Notes under the pieces: model-generated
What the model was told of the DNA's origin: nothing
The model's database searches: none
Seen by the model: only the letters and a program-made list of their open reading frames with translations
Translations under genes and position numbers: made by a program
From: Octopus vulgaris
Lineage: Eukaryota
Direction: 5' to 3'
Length of the DNA: 64,000 bases
NCBI GenBank assembly: GCA_951406725.2
Contig: OX597818.1
Location: forward strand, 48,236,001-48,300,000
Shown: piece by piece, positions 38,651 through 51,135 of the stretch
Layout of the letters: each line of letters opens with the position of its first letter
How positions within the stretch are numbered: the stretch's first letter is position 1

Positions 38651-39770
38651 AGTTTATTTGGTTTTTCTTTTCCTTTGTAACGAATTATCTAATGAGGTTG
38701 ACGTGTTCCCATTATACCATCAATCAAAGTGTGGTACATGAATACAAATGTAATAATTATATTTTCTATTCAGCAATAATAAGCTAGTTCTTCCATTTAG
38801 AAGTGTTAAATTTCAATACATTTAAGTGTTAAATTTCAAAAGACGATTACACTACAAATTTCAAGTTTTGAAGACGTTTGGATTACGATTACCAAACATA
38901 CGGATGTACTCTTGGTACTCTCCTATGATTACAGCGACACTAGGTGACCTGGTGTCATTCACAATATATTTCCATCATTCTCAGTGATTCTGTTTCAAGC
39001 ACAAACATATTACATTAGATTCATATAATGATTATTTTTACGTTGATACAGAACCATTTTAATAAATTTACGGACATAATCTTTTGCCCGGTTCAACACC
39101 ACAACTTTTGGTCCGTGGGTGTCTCAAGTGGAGCCCCTCTCCGTAGCAATCATTCGAACCATATCTCCGGTTTTGTCCTCTCTCACTCGTTTCGGAGGTC
39201 CTGCCGAAAGCTCATGGGCACTGCCCTTCCTTCTGTGTGACTAAGTCGTAGAAATATTACAAATATACTACTTAAATTTAATTATACAACTGTAGGATTG
39301 TCATATGGTATGTACTCGCGATTATACGAAACCATATCAACATATTTTACTTCTGATCACGAAAACGTTGAAAAAAGAAAAGAAACGGAATAAGTTTATG
39401 CTATAAAAATAATTTTGTGAAATAGTATTTATTCAAGAGAGGATGTAAGATAATGTAGGATAGGCTTTGGAGGGTATGGCGTAAGCTAAAAACAAAATTA
39501 GCTTGAATAAGAGAAAAGGCATTGATGACTGCGATAGAAATTCGAGACAACTTGCTTTCTGGTAGTGTGGAGGTTGCGCGCGTGACTGAGTGTGAGAAGA
39601 AAGTATATATTACGAAGAAACGCGTGTGTGTACGTACACAAACACGCACGCGCGCGTATTCTGGATTTCATTTTTTTCTCGTACATGTAATTTGTGTCTC
39701 TATTTAGTTTTAAAAATATGAACATGTATTCTTCATACAATTCTAAATTAATCCCTTCCATTTAAAATAA

Positions 39771-40339
39771 TGTACGTATGTATGTGTGTGTGTATGTGTG
39801 TACGTATGTATGTATGTACGTGTGTATGTGTACGAATGTATGTATGTATGTACGTATGTATGTGTGTATGTATGTATGTACGTATGTGTGTATGTACGTG
39901 TGTATGTATGTACGTACGTACGTGTGTGTACGTACGTACGTGTGTGTACGTACGTACGTGTGTGTACGTACGTACGTGTGTGTACGTACGTACGTGTGTG
40001 TACGTACGTACGTGTGTGTATGTATGTACGTACGTATGTACGTGTGTGTGTGTGTACGTACGTATGTGTGTGTGTGTGTGTACGTACGTATGTGTGTGTG
40101 TGTGTACGTACGTATGTGTGTGTGTGTGTACGTACGTATGTGTGTGTGTGTGTACGTACGTATGTGTGTGTGTGTGTACGTACGTATGTGTGTGTGTGTG
40201 TACGTACGTGTGTGTGTGTGTGTACGTATGTGTGTGTGTGTGTGTACGTATGTGTGTGTGTGTGTGTACGTATGTGTGTGTGTGTGTGTACGTACGTGTG
40301 TGTGTGTGTGTGTACGTACGTATGTGTGTGTGCGCGTAC

Positions 40340-40370
<31 letters not shown>

Positions 40371-40391
40371 TACGTATGTACGTGTGTGTGT
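39771..40391. repeat. (TG)n/TACG compound minisatellite
   Basis: Direct inspection. Confidence 0.95.
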
Positions 40392-40502
40392 GAGCCAGGA
40401 TTCATGCAAACTACATCAGGTAGTGGGACCCTGGGGCCCTGCTTTCAGGGTTTTAGGAATGTGGAACCACCTCTTAGACGCTATTGTTCCCAGGTCTTCT
40501 CT

Positions 40503-41350
40503 GTGTGTATGTATGTAAGTACGTGTGTGTGTGTGTATGTAAGTATGTGTGTAAATACTTGTGTGTGTGTGTGTGTGTAAGTACGTGTGTGTGTATGTGG
40601 GCAAGTACGTATGTATGTGTGTGTGTGTGTGCAAGTACGTGTGTGTGTGTGTGTGTGCGTATGTGCAAGTACGTGTGTGTATGTGCAAGTACGTATGTGT
40701 GTGTATGTGCAAGTACGTATGTGTGTGTATGTGCAAGTACGTATGTGTGTGTATGTGCAAGTACGTATGTGTGTGTATGTGCAAGTACGTATGTGTGTGT
40801 ATGTGCAAGTACGTATGTGTGTGTATGTGCAAGTACGTATGTGTGTGTATGTGCAAGTACGTATGTGTGTGTATGTGCAAGTACGTATGTGTGTGTGTGT
40901 GCAAGTACGTATGTGTGTGTGTGTGTGCAAGTACGCATGTGTGTGTGTGTGTGTGCAAGTACGCATGTGTGTGTGTGTGTGTGCAAGTACGCATGTGTGT
41001 GTGTGTGTGTGCAAGTACGCATGTGTGTGTGTGTGTGCAAGTACGTATGTGTGTGTGTGTGTGCAAGTACGTATGTGTGTGTGTGTGTGCAAGTACGTAT
41101 GTGTGTGTGTATGCAAGTACGTATGTGTGTGTGTATGCAAGTACGTATGTGTGTGTGTATGTAAGTACGTACGTGTGTGTGTGTGTGTGTATGTAAGTAC
41201 GTACGTGTGTGTGTGTGTATGTATGCAAGTACGTGTGTGTGTATATGTATGCAAGTACGTGTGTGTGTATATGTATGCAAGTACGTGTGTGTGTGTAAGT
41301 ACGTGTGTGTGTGTGTGTGTGTGCGCGCGTGTAAGTACGTGTGTGTGTGT
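40503..41350. repeat. Minisatellite, ~22-bp unit GCAAGTACGTATGTGTGTGTATGT with variable (TG)n
   Basis: Direct inspection. Confidence 0.95.
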
Positions 41351-41565
41351 TCAGTGTGTGAAAGAATCTATGTTTTATTTATGTCAACAAATGTAGAAAT
41401 AAATACACGAAGTTGGAAAATAGTAAAAAGCGAAAAGAGCTGAAGCAAAGGATGAAAATTACGTGATCTGACCGAGATATTTGTTCTTGTTTTTAATTTC
41501 ATTGGACAGAAAATATTTTAGGTCGTTTAAGCGCGAGTGAAACTTGCCAATAAGTGAAAACACAC

Positions 41566-41610
<45 letters not shown>

Positions 41611-42417
41611 CTATTACAAAAGTATGTTTTTGATGGTTACAACGAACAAAAACAAGTAGCAACTACTTCATAAGTGGCATATAAACAAAAAAACGGCAAC
41701 ACGAAGTCACTCTCTTAATTGGCTCAATTTAATTAATAATAGAATGATTGAAAATGGGTTATTATTGATGTTGAATATAATAATCATATTTCGATGCGTT
41801 AAATACTAATGTGGTGGACTCGTACTTTGGTAATTTACCAAAATCAAAAGAATCAATTTAAATAAATTACTGCAAGCATTCTGTTTTTTTATGTTTTTCT
41901 CAATTTTTGATCCACCAAGGCAATGTACATTTTGTACTAAAAATAGTCCTACAAGCTGCCTGCATCTAGTTTTTGCGGTCAAGCTAACCTTCAGTTTTGT
42001 ATTTACCAGTGCTTGTATGAAGCATTGCAGATGCTGGTGAAATGTTAACTGTTATTTTGAGAACGAGAACACTTTAAACCATTTAAAGGTTCACGAACGA
42101 TGGGTATTTTTGTATATTTATATTATTTTTCTCCTGGTTAATTCGTTGTTTTCGGTGATTTACAGCGAAACAAGCGAATCAGATTTCAGATTTTGCCGGA
42201 CGAAAGAATTCGACGGTTCGTCTCTGTAAATAGCTGTTATAGTAGTTATAACTCAGGGCACTATATACTTTAGGAAGACAAAGTCAACAGTATCTTTCTC
42301 AATGCTGCAACGACCCGAATGAGTTTTGGATTAACCACCAGCTGCTTTCGAAAATATCAACATTGTGTGTGTGTGTGTGTGAGAGAGAGACACACACACA
42401 CAGTCAGACATCTGCTT

Positions 42418-42477
<60 letters not shown>

Positions 42478-42557
42478 AAAAAAACAGGCACTCATATTAC
42501 GTACTGCGTAACTAAATAGATATATTATTATTAATTATTATTATTAATATTATTATT

Positions 42558-43112
42558 GAGTGAGAGAGCAGGGCATGCCATCAAAGTGACACTCGGGTAA
42601 AATATACGAAGCCCAGTATACCCATCGTAACTACCCGTCTGATGAGGGTACACCAGGCACATGCATCACAACCATATGTGCGCGACACGGTGATCTCATA
42701 TCAAGATAAACAACGCATGACCTTGCAGGTGGGGCCCAGTTAGAATTTTCTTCTGGTCGAGTAACCCATCCCACTCAAAAGGTCTCTGAATAAGGGTTGT
42801 TTGAGGATGTTGAACGAAACACCCATGTTTCCTGAGGTGAATTATTGAAACCCCAAAGAATCCCTCTCAACACATGGCTATGATGCTCCCCCACTACTTT
42901 TGCTCGTGATCAGAGATGCACATATCGTCAACCACTAAAGGACATGCTCAACTGGTTACGGTCTAACAACTGACAAGCAAATCTGTGGTATTGAGCAGAA
43001 TATTTGCTGTAGCCCATCTTTTATACCAAGACAAAACAATGTACATGATAGCACTTCCAATCAGTTAAGACCAGAAGCCACGAGAGCCACTGCCTGGTAC
43101 TGCATCAGGGCA
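42558..43112. mobile_element. ~555-bp non-coding insertion bracketed by (ATT)n on both sides
   Basis: (ATT)n at ~42523-42557 and ~43113-43150; no TIR or ORF; class uncertain. Confidence 0.5.
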
Positions 43113-43152
<40 letters not shown>

Positions 43153-43235
43153 CCAAATTACCAATTGGTTTCACACCAAAACTTTAGAATCAACTCCGGC
43201 AATCTTCACAAATGGCTGAAAGGAATAGTATGCGA

Positions 43236-43291
<56 letters not shown>

Positions 43292-43626
43292 CGATGTTGG
43301 TTCTCCGTCGTTCGCATGAACACTCACTTGCTCGATCAACTGAATAACCTGCTCCTGAATTAACGTGTAACTACGTTAGTATTCTACGGACACATGTACC
43401 CTCAATGTAATTCTCCGGCAAAATCAGCGTGATACTGTGTATAGCAAGGCTGTACCACCCGACAAACTTCTATACACTTTCCGTTCATCCAATTTCGCTT
43501 ACAAGATATGGGTCTACTCGAGGCTATAGGAAATGACATTTGCCCAAGATACCACGCAATGGCATTAACCTTTATCTTGGTTGCGAAGCGAACTGTTTAA
43601 ACATTCAGCCATACTGCGCATATATA

Positions 43627-44700
43627 TCAGGTTGAGTCAAAAGTTTTCTGTTCCTATTCCAAGCTTAATTAACAATTCAAACAAACTACACACGTAAAGC
43701 GTTTATTCATCAAAGTATATATCCCTTCATATACCATTGTCTGTAGCCATCATGGTGCCATGAACTCAATTCCACTTTTATACTATTTAGATGGTTTGGA
43801 GGCAAAAAACTTCCTGCCCTCATCCACATTGTTGAACCCCCGTCCCTGCAGGAAATGAGCCATGGCTCAGGAAAGGTAATAATCTGATGGTGCAAGGTTT
43901 GGATTGCAGGCAGGGTAAAGCAGCACTTTCAGTCATTCGAGCTTATGTTCGATCACGTTCGCAGTGTCTGTTGGAGCATTGTCATGCTGCATGAGTGCAC
44001 GTCTTCGATTGACCAATTCCGGGTTGCGGACTTTCAAAGCATCATGTATTTGCTGCAGTTGTTGAACATAAAGGTTAGCGTTCACATCATAGCCATAGAG
44101 GTTCCACCATACACCCAACCTGACCTTCTATTCAAACCATCCTCATTTGACAAAATCTTTTGAAGCCTGGCCTGAACGAAACCGCTGATTTCTCTTAGGA
44201 TTTTTCTCATCCTCGATTATAATTCGACACCAAAAACGAGCATCCTAAGGATTTGCCAGCAGTTGTTTGCAGAAGTTCATTTGTTGTTGAGCCTGGTTAT
44301 TGAGCCTGATCAATTCACGAAGAGCTTCTCGACAGCATCTGCTCATAAGGCCGAACTTATGGCGATGTTGATTAATGGTGCTTTGTGAAGAACCAAGTTC
44401 TGCCGACAGTGCACGAGCGCTTATGATTGACTGTTGTTAATCTATTTTAAGCAAGGCCTCATCTTCCACAACAGAAGGTCTCTCTGACCTTGTTTTGTCT
44501 TCGAGGCTGGTGTCATCTTCCTTGAAACACCTGAATCAGTTTTATGCCACATGTTCGTTGTCAGTCCCTGGCCCTTCCACATCATTAATTTCTTCAGCTG
44601 CTACCCTTGCATTCACTCCTTTTCTCCACATGTAGCGTAATATGGTTCTAATTGCAATTTATTCAACACTCATTATCAGAGTTGTAAAATAAAAAATAAA
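43627..44700 (-). pseudogene. Decayed mariner transposase
   Basis: ATG at 44673, IRTILRYMWRKGVNARVAAEEINDVEG HTH, ...VWWN...LVNRRRALMQHDNAP; TA-TCAGGTTGAGTCAAAAG end at 43627. Confidence 0.85.
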
Positions 44701-44856
44701 CAATTCAATAACGATTGGACAAGCATCAAATTAATAATATAACCGGGAGATATAAGTTGCCAAAAAATTATTTTGAAATAATAGCATGAAATTCAATATC
44801 AAACAAAATTTCTCACGAAGATATACATGTCTAAATAGTATTGTATTAAAAAATAT

Positions 44857-45240
44857 GTGGAGGCGCAATGGCCCAGTGGTTAGGGCAGCGGACTCGCGGT
44901 CATAGGATCGCGGTTTCGATTCCCAGACCGGGCGTTGTGAGTGTTTATTGAGCGAAAACACCTAAAGCTCCACGAGGCTCCGGCAGGGATGGTGGTGATC
45001 CCTGCTGTACTCTTTCACCACAACTTTCTCTCACTCTTACTTCCTGTTTCTGTTGTACCTGTATTTCAAAGGGCCGGCCTTGTCACTCTCTGTGTCACGC
45101 TGAATATCCCCGAGAACTACGTTAAGGGTACACGTGTCTGTGGAGTGCTCAGCCACTTGGACGTTAATTTCACGAGCAGGCTGTTCCGTTGATTCGGATC
45201 AACCGGAACCCTCATCGTCGTAACCGACGGAGTGCTTCCA
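44857..45240 (+). mobile_element. SINE family C, tail type 1, full length
   Basis: TSD-like ATTAAAAA(A)TAT. Confidence 0.92.
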
Positions 45241-45299
45241 ATTAAAAATATATATAAAAATATATGAAACATGACAGTTTAAAAATTTGCTAATTAATG

Positions 45300-45391
45300 C
45301 ATCTTACGATGGTTTCACGAAAATATTGTCGTTATAACGGAGTCCATTGTTGATACACATTGATAGACAATACTTCCGCTCGTCAGAGATG
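45300..45391 (-). ncRNA. Type I hammerhead motif with extended helix II (left-arm copy)
   Basis: Minus strand: CATCT CTGACGA GCGGAAGTATTGTC...GACAATATTTTCGT GAAA CCATCG TA AGATG. Confidence 0.75.
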
Positions 45392-45752
45392 GAGAAGATA
45401 ACATTTTTATTATATATAGAATGTTGTTTTAAAATTAGAAAAATACATGAGAAATATATTAAAATTTACTGGTTTAGACAATTTTCATGGATTACCAAGA
45501 TGAGTTTAACAAGGAGATATATACAAATTCGAAATTTTCCTACCAAATTCTATCTACATATATCAAATCCAGTCATGGATTAATGAGATGAAATTACCAA
45601 GGATATAAATACAAACTTTAAATGTTATTACCAAAGTCGACCTGCATAAATCTAAACCAGTAAATTTTAATATATTTTCAAAAATACATTCTCACATATT
45701 TTTCTAATTTTAAAACAACATTCGATATATTATAAAAAAATGTTATCTTCTT

Positions 45753-45845
45753 CATCTCTGACGAGCGGAAGTATTGTCTATCAATGTGTATCAACAATGG
45801 ATTCTGTTATAACGACAATATTTTTCATGAAACGATCGTAAGATG
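45753..45845 (+). ncRNA. Type I hammerhead motif with intact core and extended helix II (right-arm copy)
   Basis: CATCT CTGACGA GCGGAAGTATTGTC...GACAATATTTTTCAT GAAA CGATCG TA AGATG; predicted GUA cleavage after 45840. Confidence 0.75.
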
Positions 45846-45884
45846 CATTAATTAATAAATTTTTAAGCTGTCATGTTTCATATA

Positions 45885-46394
45885 TCTATATATATAAAAC
45901 TGTAGTTGTGTGAGTGTCTGTCCCCTTCGATTTAGATTCCTAACTCCTCCCACATTTTGCGGTGCAGTTTAACCAAATTCGGGTATCTTATAGTCGTGAT
46001 TCATATCGAGCCCGTCTGAGTATTAGCGCGCGTCTACGATGAGTCTACAATTTTTAAAATAATTTAACATCATTTTTTATTCCATTTTAATGCATAATTT
46101 TTCGTGTGTCGATGGCGGCGGAGTTGGCGTCCATGGTCACACCTGCACCTGTTTGCTTCTCCCCCTTCTTCCCTCCCTCGTGAAGCTGTGGGGAAGGGAG
46201 TGTAAGGAAATCAACGTCGTAAAGCGTTGTCAAGGAGACCAGCGTTCTTTTAGAACGACTTCATGGCTTGAAGACACCAAAACAGAAATGGCTAAGAAAG
46301 CCCGAATTGACATCTATAAGGGAAGTAACTATCTAAAAATGCTTATATAGTTATTTCCCTTACAAACCCGAGCAACGCCGGGCGATACTGCTAG
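45885..46394 (+). mobile_element. Non-autonomous Helitron-like element
   Basis: 5' TC, 3' CCCGAGCAACGCCGGG hairpin + CTAG, inserted A^T; matches 8399-8934. Confidence 0.85.
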
Positions 46395-46631
46395 TTTTTT
46401 ATACAATACTATTTTAGACATATATATCTTCGTGAGAAATTTTGTTTGATACTGAATTTCATGCTAAAATTTCAAAATACGGTATATAAAATCGTTCGTA
46501 TTAATGTCTAAATACTTTATAGTATTAATATTTTTGACATTTTATACAAGGAGCACTCATTATAAATTCAGTGTATAATATTCTAATAGAATATATTTAA
46601 TTAATTGATATATATATATATATATAAAATC

Positions 46632-46881
46632 TCGTTGCTGTTATGCAAAATTGTTGAAAGACCAAAACGTTGCTTTTTCAGAAAACGAAAAGATAGTTTC
46701 ACCATTCCATAGCGAAACCGTTGTACTACACTTTGACAATTTTTCATATCGTGGCATCTGAAGCAGCTGGACATACGATAGTTTGACCAAAAGAACTGGT
46801 CATTGTAAGCAAAAATAAATATTGAAAACAAATGCATTTGGCCAAATTTGGACATACGACAGTTTAACATAATAGCAACGA
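46632..46881. mobile_element. Probable MITE in (TA)n
   Basis: TCGTTGCTGTTATG / CATAATAGCAACGA short inverted ends. Confidence 0.5.
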
Positions 46882-46910
46882 TATATATAATATATATATA
46901 TATAAGATAT

Positions 46911-47312
46911 AGGAGTGGCTGTGTGGTAAATAGCTTGCTAACCAACCACATGGTTCCGGGTTCAGTCCCACTGCGTAGCATCTTGGGCAAGTGTCTTCTG
47001 CTATAGCCTCGGGCCGACCAATGCCTTGTGAGTGGATTTGGTAGACGGAAACTGAAAGAAGCCTGTCATATATATGTATATATATGTATATGTGTGTATG
47101 TTTGTGTGTCTGTGTTTGTCCCCCTAGCATTGCTTGACAACCGATGCTGGTGTGTTTACGTCCCCGTCACTTAGCGGTTCGGCAAAAGAGACCGATAGAA
47201 TAAGTACTGGGCTTACAAAGAATAAGTCCCAGGGTCGACTTGCTCGACTAAAGGCGGTGCTCCAGCATGGCCGCAGTCAAATGACTGAAACAAGTAAAAG
47301 AGTAAAAGAGAG
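46911..47312 (+). mobile_element. SINE family A (followed by a mariner end fragment ~47322-47465)
   Basis: Family A match; TTGGGTTGGCAATTAAGTTC TIR after it. Confidence 0.88.
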
Positions 47313-48208
47313 AGATATATATTTGGGTTGGCAATTAAGTTCCCGTCGTTTTTTAAAATTTAAGTTGTTTAAAAGGTTTAATAAAAAATAACTAATTAAT
47401 TAATAATGTATTCACCCTTGTTGTTTACAACTTAACGTTCAACAAGATTTTCAATACCTCGAAGCTATGCGATGCTTACTTTTTTGCTTAGACTGTCCGT
47501 CAAATATGATGACAGGGTCGAGCCAAGGCACTCATCATCCTCCGCCTCTAGCACATTGCTTCTCATGGGAGCGAACGTGGCTGACAAGACCGATGCGAGA
47601 TAGGCAGATCCTGTGACACTGAGAGGGCATTAAAAGTGACTCGGAACAATAGCCACAAGGATTTAATGACGACGTCTCTTCCTCTCTTCATGCAGACTCC
47701 TGAGTTCGCTTCCAAAGCGCTCTACTCCAGCATGACACGCCTCCCCACCCCCATGCCTTCCTATTAATAACCAAGGGTTTCAACTGATCGCGGGCGGGGG
47801 GGGGGGGCACACTGCATAAAATTGCGAGGCCGCTTGAGATTATCATGAAAACGAAGTTTTAGACGTCCATGACGCTTACTTCCAATTTTGATCTTGCTGA
47901 AGAGGACCATATTTGGGAGTCGGTTACCTGGCATCCGAATTTACATGGTCCGGCCCAGCTAAAAAGACGACGAAGGATGCAGGGCTCAACGCTGTAGATC
48001 TCAGACTTCAGGAGGATTTCAGCATGAGGCACTTTGTCCCTTCCACGTGAAACTGAGGATGCTTTGGAGCGATCTGATATGGAATGTTTCCGGATGCCTG
48101 ATCTGGTGCCGATAAAGGCATCAAACCCCTACAGGAGGATGGATACACAGGCAGCTCGATAAACGGAGATTTTTAATGCATGATTAATTCAAAACAGTGC
48201 GAATTAAT

Positions 48209-48566
48209 CTCTCTATATAAAAAACGGCAAAATGTCTCTGTGTGCCCTTTATACAAATCCACAATTTTTCCGTTAGAGGGCTCTCACTTTCTATGGTCAT
48301 TCAAAACCGTCCAAAGGTGGTCGTGCACATCTTTACATTCCCCAGTCACTCCACAAAGCCATTAAAAATCAATAGAAATGACTTTTGTGAATTTTCTATC
48401 CAAAACCCAATCAAAATGCCCAAAACTTGATACGCCAATTGAATGCCAGCTAGCTGTATGTGACTGGTCGGAGATTTGGACATTACTCGCGTGTATGTGC
48501 GCACGCACGCAGCTGTATATGCATGCACTAGCACTATGACCCGGCGTTGCCGGGTTATAGAGCTAG
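48209..48566 (+). mobile_element. Helitron-like element
   Basis: A^TCTCTCTATATAAAAAACGG 5' end; 3' palindrome CTAGCACTATGACCCGGCGTTGCCGGGTTATAGAGCTAG^T. Confidence 0.7.
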
Positions 48567-48694
48567 TAAGTATTAAATGTGACAGAGTAATCTGCATGCT
48601 AAAGGCTTAGAAGGTTTAGATAACAATACAGTTGATGTAGAAGCAGCGGGAACTGTACAAGGTGGTCTTTTCGTAGCTGTCTTTTTTTTGTTTT

Positions 48695-49275
48695 TTACTT
48701 AGTCATTAGACTGCGGTCATGCTGAGGCACCGTCTTGATAAGTTTAAGTCGAACAAAATGACCCCAGTACTTAATTTCTATGTGTGGTATATGTGTTGGC
48801 GAGCTGGCAGAAACGTTAGCACGCCGGGCGAAATGCGTAGCTGTATTTCGTCTGCCGCTACGTTCTGAGTTCAAATTCCGCCGAGGTCGACTTTGCCTTT
48901 CATCCTTTCGGGGTCGATAAATTAAGTACCAGTTACGCCCTGGGGTCGATATAATCGACTTAATACCTATGTCTGTCCTTGTTTGTCCCCTCTGTGTTTA
49001 GCCCCTTGTGGGCAGTAAAGAAATATGTATTTATTCTATCAGTTTGTTTTGCCGAACCGCTGTGTTACGAAGACGTAAACAAACCAACACCGATTGTCAA
49101 ATGCTTAGACACAGATATATACACTCATGGCGGGCTTCCACACAGTTTCCACCTACCAAATTCACTCGCAATGCTATAGTAGAGACACTTGCTCAAGATA
49201 CTGCTCAACGGGACTGAACCAGAAACCATGTGGCTGGAAAGGGTGCTTCTTAACTACACAGCCATGCCAACACCT
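48695..49275 (-). mobile_element. Old SINE A with nested + strand SINE B (~48798-49025)
   Basis: Family A halves flank a family B copy. Confidence 0.8.
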
Positions 49276-49384
49276 GTAAGAAAAATAAACCACTTAATTA
49301 TTCTAAAGCAACTGATACGCTTTTTAATGGTGCTGCGTAATAAAGCTCTCGCGCTCAAAGACACTACTGTGTCAGATGATAAAT

Positions 49385-49905
49385 CATTGGGCTCTCACCT
49401 GAAACCTGGACTATAAATACCCTGAGTACGGCCGACATTAGAGTGCTTCTTATATATTTTAGACGTCACTGCTGTTTCATTCATAATCATTTCGAACTGC
49501 CTCGCCAAGCAGACCTCCCAATTCATTGGCAAAGTTCCACACATCAACACAAGCAACAACCACTCACCCACATGTACGTTGTTTATTCCTCTGTTTCTGT
49601 TCTATATCTTCTACTAAACGATTTCTACTTCAGTGAACTAACTGCCTACCACCCTCATCAAAAACATTGTATCCATCCGATTAAACACCTTTCTGCTTTG
49701 TCATCCTTAATGTTTCACTCCCAAACTGCTCAAGCCTTCTTACACGCTACAAGAACATTTTCATTGCCCACGTATTTTTTTCTTTACATTCATCAACCTA
49801 CAGACATTCAAGGTGAACATAATCCACATCAACCCCACCCTTCTGGGAGTGCCCTGCAAAGGCGATAGATGCTATTTGTCTTCCTCAAACTAAATAATAA
49901 TAAAT
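49385..49905 (+). pseudogene. CR1/Jockey-like LINE 3' end, decayed
   Basis: YK...VRPTLE-like start, NLQTFK near the end, TAA-rich tail. Confidence 0.5.
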
Positions 49906-51135
49906 TTAATACCGCATGCTCACAGTACAGCCGTGGTTGGCTAGTCATCTGTTCGAAACAACCAAAGAAGCGATAAGCACAATTCTTTTTATATCTCTCC
50001 ACACCCATATTCTATCGAGTTCCGTGAAGCAGTAACCCCAACATGACTCGACAGAAGTCGTGAAAATGTTGTACTGGTAAAACACACAACCTACAAACAC
50101 ATGGAGGAAATTACTTCCCGCCACCAACTAGGAAACGTTCGCTTTTTCTTTTTCGCACAAAGTTTATTCAAGAGCAAAAGCGTAATCCTAGAAGAGATTT
50201 GTTTTTAAGCTGCAAAATATGAAGTATTAATAACAAGGATAAGGAGTGAATGTTGAACATTAAGAGTAATTTGGGTTTGTTTGGGTTTTTTTCTTTTGTG
50301 GCAATGTACCAAACTGTAAGGTTGCAGTAGTTTCACTTAACTCATTATTATCAACTAAATAATACACTGTTTGGTACTTATTTTATCTTTACTACTGGAG
50401 TTGGAATGAAAAGCAAACCCTTCATTGTGGGATTTTAACTTGGAACATAAAAAAAAGAGGTAAATTAAGGAATTGTATTAAAATTTTTTTTAATATTTTA
50501 TGTATGAAAGAAGTATAACCAATTTGATGCGCATAAATTTTAACAACAAAATCTTCCACGAACCCCAAGGGTCATGTGTACTTGGATTGAGAACAGTTGG
50601 TTTCGAGGATGGAAAGAGATTTTCAATTCAACAGATCAGATTTTAAAAACAATTTAGGGAAATTACGTGTCATGACAAAGACTGATAAGCAACAATTTTA
50701 AAAGTTAATAGGCGCGGGAGTGGCTGTGTGGTAAGTAGCTTGCTAACGAACCACATGGTTCCGGGTTCAGTTCCACTGCGTGGCACCTTGGGCAGGTGTC
50801 TTCTACTATAGCCTCTGGCCGACCAAACCGAAATATTTGGGTTGGTCAAAAAGTCAGCTCGGTTTTTGTAGACACTAAACTTCAAGCACTCAGATAAATG
50901 TCTAACTTCAGTCTGTCTCTTGCGAGTGTGCACCCGTTATATACTTGACGCTTCAACGTAATTCGACGCGAACTTACAATGAGACGGGTTTATTTTGTGG
51001 GGGGGGGGATTAATCTGGAAATGGAGAACCAAAACAAGTATAATCGATACATCATCATTATTTTACTTTTTAAAAGAACGGGCAAGAAAGCGGCGAAAAC
51101 CTGCGGGAAGATATTCCGTGTGCGAGGAGGATACT

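Larger units (their letters stand above)
44769..46479. mobile_element. Fold-back element with ~310-bp inverted arms, one hammerhead per arm; interrupted by a SINE and a Helitron
   Basis: 44769-44856+45241-45478 is the reverse complement of 45651-45884+46395-46479; ~170-bp spacer. Confidence 0.75.

Noticed and set aside
39743-41443. Long ORFs (200-270 aa) rich in VC/YV/HT, and similar ones at 106-669, 2724-3598, 22591-24384, 54001-54490
   Set aside because: Stop-free translations of micro/minisatellites in several frames; no coding signal
42633-42655. CTGATGA in the (ATT)n-flanked element; also CTGAGGA at ~4605 and CTGAAGA/TCATCAG at ~9539/9626
   Set aside because: No properly placed GAAA-helix III-UH segment
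44857-44935. tRNA-like sequences at SINE A/B/C heads
   Set aside because: A/B boxes are present but there is no complete cloverleaf and they always continue into SINE bodies; not tRNA genes
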